Positions 9,060 to 17,197 are shown, counted from the first letter of the stretch. The stretch is 64,000 nucleotides of DNA from an uncultured virus (IMG/VR IMGVR_UViG_3300008108_000086) (IMGVR_UViG_3300008108_000086); one strand, 5' to 3'. The notes: generated by a model not told the origin, from the sequence alone. Numbers and translations: made by a program.

Positions 9060-9950
9060 ATGCCACTACCAGCACCAGGTCAACCTATCGGATTTTCAAA
9101 CATTAATGCAGAACTTGGCCGAATATATACCGTTCCTACGGAATTGACTTTTTTAAATGGTTTTATAAAACCAGCTATAAGACCAGGTACATCAAATTTA
9201 GGTTCTTTTGGTGGGTTGAGATATTATAGACAGAATAATGCTGGAAATTGTAATAACGTAAACAATACCGCAAAAAATTGTAATTGTGGTAATATTCAAT
9301 GTAATAAAACCAATAATTGTACCGCAGTAAATTGTGCAAACTGTGATACTCAGGCTTGGTTACAAACTGGAGACTGTCAGTTATCAACAACACCCGTATA
9401 CAACTGCACATCAAACCAAAATTGTTTTTCTTATAATTGCAATTGTTCAAAGATTATTTGTACCAAGTTGTTTGATTTGGGATTGATGAAGAAAAACATT
9501 TTTGAAGCAGACCAAGCATTTGGTGAACGTTTGCAAAAAACTAATCCAGATATCTACAATGGTTATCGTGCATGGGCAGAAATTGTTGTTGATTGGATGG
9601 ATGGCAAAGGTCCTAAGATGATGCCTTGGATGTCCGATGAAGAATTTAGTGCAGCTGCAAAGAAATGGTCCATCACTTGGGCTCACGATATTGCAACACC
9701 TTGGGCAGAAGAAATGGCATACTTGATGGGTGAAAAGGAAACAGGCAGTCTGACAGGTAAAATGATGTTTGTGTTTGGCACACCAATCTGTAAGGTAATT
9801 GGTGTATGGCAACGTTGGTTTGGACCAAGTAAAAAAGAACCTGGTTTCTTAAAAGGTGCTGGCCTTGTTGTAATTTTTGTAATGTTCAAATTGGTTGCAG
9901 AACTAGGTCGTTTTATTGAGAGATTTATTCCAAAGAAAAAGGTGGCATAA
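9060..9950 (+). CDS. Cys/Asn-rich protein, candidate substrate/precursor of the radical SAM enzyme
   Basis: N-terminus MPLPAPGQPIGFSNINAELG; 12 Cys in about 67 aa mostly as N-C; C-terminal KIICTKL domain with terminal hydrophobic helix. Confidence 0.7.
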   Translation: MPLPAPGQPIGFSNINAELGRIYTVPTELTFLNGFIKPAIRPGTSNLGSFGGLRYYRQNNAGNCNNVNNTAKNCNCGNIQCNKTNNCTAVNCANCDTQAWLQTGDCQLSTTPVYNCTSNQNCFSYNCNCSKIICTKLFDLGLMKKNIFEADQAFGERLQKTNPDIYNGYRAWAEIVVDWMDGKGPKMMPWMSDEEFSAAAKKWSITWAHDIATPWAEEMAYLMGEKETGSLTGKMMFVFGTPICKVIGVWQRWFGPSKKEPGFLKGAGLVVIFVMFKLVAELGRFIERFIPKKKVA

Positions 9951-10240
9951 TGACGACATATTCTAGTATAAGACCGGTTAAAATATTGATTAACAATCTG
10001 GATTATACAGATGAACATCTGAGACATTTTTTTAACACATATAGTTCAAATGCCTTTGACTCAATGACGCAACAAAAAAAAGAACGTGTTTTTGAACTGT
10101 TAACAAAACATGAAAATTTACTAACAAAAATTTTTGGGAACGCTTTGGCCGAAAGTGCGGTTTTTGTTCCAAAATTGACTAGAGATAATGTTGATAATGC
10201 ATATGTTAGAGAATATAAAGAATGGTTGGAAAAACAATGA
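9950..10240 (+). CDS. hypothetical protein (paralog of next gene)
   Basis: 96 aa, TAATG coupling; ends YKEWLEKQ. Confidence 0.65.
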   Translation: MTTYSSIRPVKILINNLDYTDEHLRHFFNTYSSNAFDSMTQQKKERVFELLTKHENLLTKIFGNALAESAVFVPKLTRDNVDNAYVREYKEWLEKQ

Positions 10241-10623
10241 AAAAATATTCACATACTTTACTTCCAACAATAAAAACATATAATAATGAAAATATTTTAT
10301 ACGATAAAACATTAATACCAAATTTTGTAAAAAAAACATTCTTCGAAAGAGTTGCTGCTTTAAGTGAAGAAGAAAAAGATGAATTTTTCCGCATGAGTTA
10401 TGAGTATGAGGATGTATTAGTGGAACTATTTGACGGACAGATTCAGAAATTCACGGAAGCTGGTTGGACAACGGCAAATGATCCAATTTTTAGAAATCCA
10501 ACAGAAGAATATGAAAATTATGCATCTTTACCGAAAGATGCTGATTTGACAGATGAGGAACATCAGTTGAAATTGGAACACCTAAGACAATTTAAAGAAT
10601 GGTTTGAAAAACAAAATTACTGA
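10237..10623 (+). CDS. hypothetical protein
   Basis: ATGA-coupled start at 10237; ends FKEWFEKQNY. Confidence 0.65.
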   Translation: MKKYSHTLLPTIKTYNNENILYDKTLIPNFVKKTFFERVAALSEEEKDEFFRMSYEYEDVLVELFDGQIQKFTEAGWTTANDPIFRNPTEEYENYASLPKDADLTDEEHQLKLEHLRQFKEWFEKQNY

Positions 10624-10631
10624 TTTTTATT

Positions 10632-11324
10632 ATGACAAAAGATGACAGAGATGCGTACCATTGGTACCAAAATGCACAGAATATGTTTTGGCAAAGTCCG
10701 GTGTGGGAAGTGCAAACTAAATTCGATGAACAATTTAATGAGACATTATTGGATGAAATTTATGGTATTGGTAAAGATATTGTATTGGGTAAAGATAAGG
10801 ATCCAAACAACAGTATATGGGACTACAGTAGACCCAACTTAGATATACTCAAACAAGAAATTATAGACATTGTAACCAAGAAGATTGTGCAAAATATTCC
10901 ACAACTCAGGATGTTAAACATTCGTGGTTGTGAACACTTCATGGGTTGGGTCAATGTGCGTGAACCAGGAGAACGCTTAGAGGTGCATGGACACACCGAA
11001 TCAGCAATTGCAGCAACGTATTATATCAAAGTTAAAGAAGGTTGTGGTGACCTTGTATTATTTGATTCCGCACAGGCCATTGATTGGTTAAACAATACAC
11101 TAAGTAGTACACCAAAATTAAGAGAACGTAGATATAAACCGGTTGAAGGTAGATTGATATTCTTTCCGTCATATGTGTTGCATGGAGTTGACGAAAATAA
11201 ATCCGATGACCTACGTATTTCACTATCAACCGACCTAAGAAAAGTGGTAGATAAAAATGCACAAAATACGGTAATTTTAAAATCTTGGGCTGGTCGCATG
11301 GCAAAGATTAAAGAATGGAAATGA
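10632..11324 (+). CDS. 2OG-Fe(II) oxygenase-like protein (TIGR02466-like)
   Basis: GWVN...HGH...ATYY...GDLVLFD...EGRLIFFPSYVLHGV...RISLS. Confidence 0.85.
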   Translation: MTKDDRDAYHWYQNAQNMFWQSPVWEVQTKFDEQFNETLLDEIYGIGKDIVLGKDKDPNNSIWDYSRPNLDILKQEIIDIVTKKIVQNIPQLRMLNIRGCEHFMGWVNVREPGERLEVHGHTESAIAATYYIKVKEGCGDLVLFDSAQAIDWLNNTLSSTPKLRERRYKPVEGRLIFFPSYVLHGVDENKSDDLRISLSTDLRKVVDKNAQNTVILKSWAGRMAKIKEWK

Positions 11325-11694
11325 TGTTTACCAAGCTGGAAAAATCTTTTGATGTATAATCCCACCACACACAGATACTGAAATTATCACCTCTATAAAT
11401 TTCTATATGCAAACCGAAGGTTGCACAACAACTTTTTATAAACCGAAGGTGGAGATTCCAAAAACTGTACAGGTTGAGAATCAAACCAATGGACATATAT
11501 ATTTTGAAGAAGATTTAATTGAAGTTGGTAGTTTTGTTGCTAAAGATTATGATATTTGGTTACTTGATGTAAGTCAAATACATGGCGTTAAGGGTAAATT
11601 TAATTTACGTAAAGCCATTACCTTAGGAACTTTTGTTCATAAGTATCAGGACGTACTAGAAATGTTAAAGGAAACCAATAATGTCGTTTGTTAA
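11321..11694 (+). pseudogene. 2OG-Fe(II) oxygenase-like gene with internal deletion/frameshift
   Basis: ATG 11321 gives MMFTKLEKSFDV*; another frame from 11356 gives IIPPHTDTEIITSINFY...LLDVSQIHGV...RKAITL, collinear with the downstream paralog but lacking roughly 55 codons. Confidence 0.65.
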
Positions 11695-12352
11695 ATTAAA
11701 ACATACATATGAATATATGCCACACACCATTATACCACAAGGTAAGGCTGATTCATTTGCTGGAAAATATGGACTAGGTGTAAGACACAGTACAATTTGG
11801 ACACCAGAACCTGAAAAAGAAGTGTTGTATAAAGTTATACCTGAAAGGTATTGGAAAGATTTTCAAGTAACAAGAATGTCTATTAATAGTTTGTTGTTAC
11901 CACACGTTGATAATGATTTTATAACAACAATCAATTTTTATTATGACCCACAGAATTACAGGACAGTTTTCTTCAAACCAAAACCAGGAGCAAATTCTTG
12001 GAAGACAGAAGAAGATAGACACCATGGTGTTGATGGGGGAACAATTATAGACCAAAATGTTAATGTTGAGGAATTAAAAACAAGAGTTAAAGAATTTGTG
12101 TCTGAAAAACAAAATATGCCAACTTGTGAAGAAATAACATACGTTGATGCGGTATACACATTTGATGATGTTTATGAAATTGGATCTTTTGTGGCTCAAA
12201 CTGGAGAAGCATATATGCTGGACGTTAGAGTTGCACATAATGTTGAACCATTAGGTGGCGATGCAAAACTTAGAAAGGCTTTTGCACTTAGAACCAAATT
12301 ATATGAATATAGTCAGGTGTATGAAATGTTACAAGAAACTGGAAACTTATAA
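11681..12352 (+). CDS. 2OG-Fe(II) oxygenase-like (cupin/DSBH) protein
   Basis: LLPHVD (HxD)...TINFY...LDVRVAHNV...RKAFALR. Confidence 0.7.
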   Translation: MSFVKLKHTYEYMPHTIIPQGKADSFAGKYGLGVRHSTIWTPEPEKEVLYKVIPERYWKDFQVTRMSINSLLLPHVDNDFITTINFYYDPQNYRTVFFKPKPGANSWKTEEDRHHGVDGGTIIDQNVNVEELKTRVKEFVSEKQNMPTCEEITYVDAVYTFDDVYEIGSFVAQTGEAYMLDVRVAHNVEPLGGDAKLRKAFALRTKLYEYSQVYEMLQETGNL

Positions 12353-12362
12353 AGGATAAGAA

Positions 12363-13157
12363 ATGTTTTTCGAAAAATTAAACTATACAGTAGATATTGA
12401 AAAATTAAAACAAGAAGTGAAAGATAGTGTTTTCACTTTGGGTGACCAAGTTATTCAAGGCGAAGAATACGAAACACCGAAATATAATGGATTTGGTGGA
12501 TGGAGTTTACTGTGCAAAGAAGCCACATGGACTGGCGGTTGGGAAGCTGTTCAATTAGAAAAAGGACAATCATTAGAATCATTCTTACCAACAAATGAAT
12601 TAGTCGCAAAAGCATACAAATTTTTTAATATATCACATGGTCTAGAACATGATAAACCTACCGAAGCATATGTTGGTGAAATTAAAAAAGTTCTGGACGA
12701 TATACGTGAGATGGGTTTTTATCCTACAAGAGCAAGGGTTACTTGTTTGAAAGCACACTCAAAATCTTTGGTGCATAGAGATGCTGATGAAACGGAATAT
12801 ATGGCTCGTATTCATATTCCATTATTCACAAACAAGAAATGTGTGCATATATCCCAAGGTAAAAATTTGCATATGCCTGCTGATGGTAGTGTCTGGATTC
12901 TTTGGGTGAATCAATGGCACCAAATTCGAAATGACTCGGATGAAGACCGATATCATATCATCATGGATGCATATGACACCAAAAAGGTAACAAAACATTT
13001 TAATTATGACGGAGAATTCGAACAATTACAAAATTTTGTAAGAGGGTTCCGACAAAAAATTGATGATGCTGAATTAACAGATGAAGATATTGATTTTTTT
13101 GAGGCAATTAGAGAAAGATATGTTACCAAAAAAGTTAGAGATAACGAATTCATTTAA
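12363..13157 (+). CDS. aspartyl/asparaginyl beta-hydroxylase-like dioxygenase
   Basis: VHRD...RIHIPL...HMPADG...WHQIRN...DRYHIIMD. Confidence 0.8.
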   Translation: MFFEKLNYTVDIEKLKQEVKDSVFTLGDQVIQGEEYETPKYNGFGGWSLLCKEATWTGGWEAVQLEKGQSLESFLPTNELVAKAYKFFNISHGLEHDKPTEAYVGEIKKVLDDIREMGFYPTRARVTCLKAHSKSLVHRDADETEYMARIHIPLFTNKKCVHISQGKNLHMPADGSVWILWVNQWHQIRNDSDEDRYHIIMDAYDTKKVTKHFNYDGEFEQLQNFVRGFRQKIDDAELTDEDIDFFEAIRERYVTKKVRDNEFI

Positions 13158-13160
13158 ATT

Positions 13161-14678
13161 ATGACCGATATACATGGTATTGTTTTTACCGGTATGGAAC
13201 GAACTAGAACAATTAGTCGGCCGGCCGGTGCAGCAAGATTAAGAACTTTTTTAGAACCACATGGTTATAACCTTGAGGTCGTTGATTACTTTGGTAACTT
13301 CACTGAAGAAGAAATTGAAAGAGTTTGTGATAGATTTATTGGACCAAAAACTTTGTTTGTTGGTATCAGTATTACGTTCATATATGCTTTTGATAAATTG
13401 AATCATTTATTCAAATACATCAGAGAAAAATATCCACAAGTGAAAACATTGATTGGTGGTAATGAGACACCAATTGATGGTGTAGATTTAACACAAGTTG
13501 ATAGAGTTTTTTGGGGTTATGCTGAAGAAGCCGTATTACACTACCTTAAATTTCTAAACAAAAAACGTTTGGATGATTTGAAATGGGTACCATACAAAGG
13601 AACACTATCTATCAATGCAGAAATGCTATATAAAAATGATGATAGTGATTTAACAATCAAATGGTTAGAAAGTGATTTAATCAAAAACAATTTCTTGCCG
13701 ATTGAAATTAGTCGAGGATGTATATTCAGATGCCGATTCTGTGCCTTCCCATTGTTAGGCAAAAAGAAAAATGATTATATTCGCCATGTGGATAATTTAG
13801 CCGCAGAGTTGCGTAGAAATTATGAAATGTTTGGTGTGAATAACTATTGGTTCAATGATGATACATTCAATGACAATGTGGTTAAATTGGATTATGTTGC
13901 TGAAGCTATTGCAAAGAGTGGTATTAAGATTACTTACACAGCATTCTTACGTGCAGATTTGATTGAACGTTTTCCAGAAACTATACCTATGTTGGCTGAC
14001 ACTGGTTTGGTTGCTGCAACATTTGGTTTGGAAACATTTCATCCTGAAGCAAAGAAGGCCATCGGTAAAGGCCTAGATAATGAAAGACAGTTTGAAGCGA
14101 TTAGACAGTTAAAGAAGTACAAACCAACCTACACTTATACAGGAATGATTTGTGGTTTACCTGGTGAACCCCTATCTAGTGTATACAAGAGTCAGAAAAT
14201 GTTATTGGACCAAAATTTTGAAGTGTTTGACAATTGGGATTGGTGGCCCTTGGTTATCAGAAAAAATTCTGTTAGTCGCCTAAGTGAATTTGAAAAGGAA
14301 TATGAGAAGTGGGGTTATAGTGAATTATTACCCGGAGAATATACGATACCAGAAGGTGATGATGATACACGATATCACAACGATGACAGTAATTTGTTAA
14401 TTTGGAAAAATAAATACTTAAACTATTTCAATTCAAGAAAAATTACAACCGATTTAAATGTGGAAACAGAACAACACCGAATTAAAGCAGGCAAATCAAT
14501 TTATGGTAATGCTGATAAAGGTGTCAGTATCAACCATGATGTATTTGAATTGGTTGGTATGGGAGTTGATATTAAAGATATCATTGATGGAACATTCGAC
14601 AAAACTTTTTTGAATAAAAAAATTGAAGAAGCGGATCAAACTATCCTTGAATATAAAAGATTAAAGTTAGGATTATAA
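13161..14678 (+). CDS. B12-binding radical SAM protein
   Basis: N-terminal cobalamin-binding-like region (GAARL...EVVDY, VGISIT, LIGG); IEISRGCIFRCRFC; DDTF; GLET; GLPGE. Confidence 0.85.
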   Translation: MTDIHGIVFTGMERTRTISRPAGAARLRTFLEPHGYNLEVVDYFGNFTEEEIERVCDRFIGPKTLFVGISITFIYAFDKLNHLFKYIREKYPQVKTLIGGNETPIDGVDLTQVDRVFWGYAEEAVLHYLKFLNKKRLDDLKWVPYKGTLSINAEMLYKNDDSDLTIKWLESDLIKNNFLPIEISRGCIFRCRFCAFPLLGKKKNDYIRHVDNLAAELRRNYEMFGVNNYWFNDDTFNDNVVKLDYVAEAIAKSGIKITYTAFLRADLIERFPETIPMLADTGLVAATFGLETFHPEAKKAIGKGLDNERQFEAIRQLKKYKPTYTYTGMICGLPGEPLSSVYKSQKMLLDQNFEVFDNWDWWPLVIRKNSVSRLSEFEKEYEKWGYSELLPGEYTIPEGDDDTRYHNDDSNLLIWKNKYLNYFNSRKITTDLNVETEQHRIKAGKSIYGNADKGVSINHDVFELVGMGVDIKDIIDGTFDKTFLNKKIEEADQTILEYKRLKLGL

Positions 14679-15337
14679 TGTTTGTTTATTGCCCACCAAA
14701 AGAGATTCCAAAAATTGAATCTCAAACTTTTCCTGACGGGAAAAGATATTATGTCACACCTGACGGCAAGAAATTACCATCGGTGACCACAGTGGTGGGA
14801 GCACAGAAAAAAGAAGCCATCATGGCATGGCGCCGTAGAGTTGGTGATGAAGTTGCAAACAAAATCTCCAGACAGGCCACATCCCGTGGCACCAATATGC
14901 ATACGTTGTGTGAATACTATTTGAACAATGAACCTAAACCACCAGGAACTGTTATGCCTGATGCCAAAGAGATGTTCATATCAATCAAACCATTACTAAA
15001 CAAAATCAACAATATACACTACCAAGAGGTTGGATTGTGGTCCTCCCAACTTGGACTGGCAGGTCGTGTAGACTGTATTGGTGAGTATGAGGGTAAACTG
15101 TCTGTAATTGATTTTAAAACATCAAAGAAGGCTAAAGACCGTGATTCTATTTTGGATTATTTCTGGCAAACAACTGCATATGCATTGATGTATGAAGAAT
15201 TGGTTGGCCAACCAATTGATGAACTGGTAATTATTATGGCTGTGCAAGATGCACCACCATTAGTTTTTAGAGAAAAAACACAAGACCACATTGAAGGTCT
15301 GGTTAAGGCAATTGATTTTTATCACAAAAACAGTTGA
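14678..15337 (+). CDS. PD-(D/E)xK exonuclease of T4-like phages
   Basis: PSVTTV, RGTNMH, AGRVDCI, IDFKTS, Q..AYA motifs. Confidence 0.85.
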   Translation: MFVYCPPKEIPKIESQTFPDGKRYYVTPDGKKLPSVTTVVGAQKKEAIMAWRRRVGDEVANKISRQATSRGTNMHTLCEYYLNNEPKPPGTVMPDAKEMFISIKPLLNKINNIHYQEVGLWSSQLGLAGRVDCIGEYEGKLSVIDFKTSKKAKDRDSILDYFWQTTAYALMYEELVGQPIDELVIIMAVQDAPPLVFREKTQDHIEGLVKAIDFYHKNS

Positions 15338-15362
15338 CACAATAAATAAGATATGTTATAAT
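15334..15362 (+). promoter_or_regulatory. sigma70-type promoter for tmRNA, with a late-type ATAAATA motif in the spacer
   Basis: TTGACA 15334-15339, 17 bp spacer, TG-n-TATAAT 15357-15362. Confidence 0.85.
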
Positions 15363-15368
15363 GTGTTT

Positions 15369-15672
15369 TTATGGTTGTACGAAGCAACTAGAAATGTGTT
15401 CTGGACGGGGGTGCGAATCTCCCCACCTCCACCAAAAACATGGCAGAGAAAGTCGCCTAACTAGCGGCCTCACTCATATGAGGATACACGGTAAGTCACC
15501 TTTTACTGTAGTGGTAATTGCAAATACTTACGCCGATATGAGATGTTTTTGATGGGGGTGCATAGTTTCGACAGGGCAAATAGTACAGAAGTGGACAACT
15601 CATCAGAGAAGATGTTAAAACTAAATCAAGTAAACGCAAACGACTCACAGTTCGCATTAGCAGCCTAAACGC
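15369..15672 (+). ncRNA. ssrA: circularly permuted (two-piece) tmRNA
   Basis: Acceptor piece ends GGGGG-TGCGAAT-CTCCC-CACCTCC-A-CCA (15434); coding piece starts GGGGGTG (15554) followed by CATAGTTTCGAC; the two strands pair with G3:U70; tag ANDSQFALAA* at 15636-15668; both ends approximate. Confidence 0.88.
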
Positions 15673-15700
15673 AAAAGAAATTAGAATCGCAGATGAATTA

Positions 15701-16258
15701 ATGGAACTGGTACCAAAATTGCGTGACGAATTTTTAGAATATCACAAAGACTTTCACACCACATTCAAAGGCGGCACATCATACGCAGCAACAAATCCAT
15801 TGGCCATATTAGATGAAAAAGAAAAGAATGATTGGAAGGTTGAAGGATTACGTTATGCCTTGCCGGAACAACGTATTGAACAAAACTTTTTCCTTGAACC
15901 AAGAGTACGCAGTATATTCCCAACAGCCTCAACATTGACACAACAATACATTGCTCATGCTGGTTGCAGTGGTTATAGTGTACTTGAAGCAGGTGGTGTT
16001 ATTAATCGACATGCAGATATAGAAAATAAATCACACAATACAATAAGAATACATATACCATTAATAGTACCTGAGGGTGATGTTTATTTTGAAGTGGATG
16101 GTAAAGAATTGGAATGGTCCGATTTATTTGGATTCGATAACGGGCAGTTACATAGTGCTCACAACAAATCACAAAAAAGACGTTTAATTTATATCATAGA
16201 TATAACACGGTCTTTTTTAGGAATTCCAGCATTTGGAATAGGTTCGTTAGGTTCCTGA
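15701..16258 (+). CDS. aspartyl/asparaginyl beta-hydroxylase-like dioxygenase (N-terminus possibly truncated)
   Basis: YSVLEAGGVINRHAD...IRIHIPL...FDNGQLHSAHN...RRLIYIID. Confidence 0.82.
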   Translation: MELVPKLRDEFLEYHKDFHTTFKGGTSYAATNPLAILDEKEKNDWKVEGLRYALPEQRIEQNFFLEPRVRSIFPTASTLTQQYIAHAGCSGYSVLEAGGVINRHADIENKSHNTIRIHIPLIVPEGDVYFEVDGKELEWSDLFGFDNGQLHSAHNKSQKRRLIYIIDITRSFLGIPAFGIGSLGS

Positions 16259-16294
16259 ATACCTATCATTTTGTTTAACAACTAGGAGTTAATT

Positions 16295-16837
16295 TTGAAG
16301 AAAATCAGTTTTATTTTGGCCTCTTTGGTCATCAGTGCTTCAGCAATGGCACAAGGTTATGGTTCATTGGAATATTCAGATGAAACAAATCGTGCAACAG
16401 ATGCGAAAAACATCAAAGAAGCTGTTGTCATTGGTACTAAAGTTGGTTCTACTGACTATAGCCTTAAAATGGAAAACAGCCAAGCTGCACTCGGCAGTGG
16501 TTCCATTACACAAGGTTTGGAAGTTCGTGTGAAACAATCTATCGGTGCATTTTACATTGGTGGTCGTTTGGGTGAAAGAATTAGTAGTTCTACACACTTC
16601 TCACATTATGCAGTTGATGCTGGTGTGAAATTCCCATTGGTTGCTGGTTTGACTGGTGATGTTGGTGGTCGTTATCGTAATGCGTTTGACACTGCAAACA
16701 ACTATCAAACAACCCGTGTTCATGCAGCAGTTGGTTATCCTTTGACTAAAAAAGATTCTGTTGCAGTTCGTTGGAGCCGTACATACGGTGACGAAGAAAA
16801 AGATGCATGGCGTCTACAGTACACACGTAGTTTCTAA
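16295..16837 (+). CDS. outer-membrane beta-barrel protein (porin-like)
   Basis: TTG start with AGGAG RBS; Sec signal peptide ending SAMA; alternating amphipathic strands; C-terminal YTRSF aromatic signature. Confidence 0.75.
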   Translation: MKKISFILASLVISASAMAQGYGSLEYSDETNRATDAKNIKEAVVIGTKVGSTDYSLKMENSQAALGSGSITQGLEVRVKQSIGAFYIGGRLGERISSSTHFSHYAVDAGVKFPLVAGLTGDVGGRYRNAFDTANNYQTTRVHAAVGYPLTKKDSVAVRWSRTYGDEEKDAWRLQYTRSF

Positions 16838-16841
16838 TACG

Positions 16842-16849
16842 TATAAATA
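16842..16849 (+). promoter_or_regulatory. T4-type late promoter
   Basis: Intergenic TATAAATA. Confidence 0.7.
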
Positions 16850-16918
16850 AGTATATGGGTTCGGTGGGACCCATTTAAATAATCCACCAACACACTTTAC
16901 ACAACACAGGAGAAAACT

Positions 16919-17197
16919 ATGTCAAACATGACACCCTTTGAAATACGTCTTGAACTACTAAAAATGGCCAGAGACATGTTATATGATTCATACAACGCAG
17001 AACGAGACCGTCTACAACAAGACTGGCACATCAAATGCGATACGGCAAAAGCCAAAGGTGAAACACCACCTGAACATCCGGCACTGCCAACAATCCCCTC
17101 AGAAACAGACATTATTAACAAGGCCCAAACCTTGAATGGTTTTGTATCGAATATTTCCACGGCACCTGAAATCAAGGTCACCAGAAAAACTACCTGA
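16919..17197 (+). CDS. conserved hypothetical phage protein
   Basis: MSNMTPFEIRLELLKMA..., strong AGGAG RBS. Confidence 0.8.
   Translation: MSNMTPFEIRLELLKMARDMLYDSYNAERDRLQQDWHIKCDTAKAKGETPPEHPALPTIPSETDIINKAQTLNGFVSNISTAPEIKVTRKTT

Noticed and set aside
14678..15337. Cas4/CRISPR association
   Set aside because: PD-(D/E)xK nuclease without the Cas4 Fe-S cysteine pattern; no array or other cas genes
15403..15434. Apparent tRNA 3' end or attP-like fragment
   Set aside because: It pairs with the downstream GGGGGTG as a permuted tmRNA; no anticodon arm and no integrase in the window
15361..15552. 63-aa ORF in the track
   Set aside because: It overlaps the tmRNA acceptor piece and starts inside the -10 box, so the RNA gene explains the region
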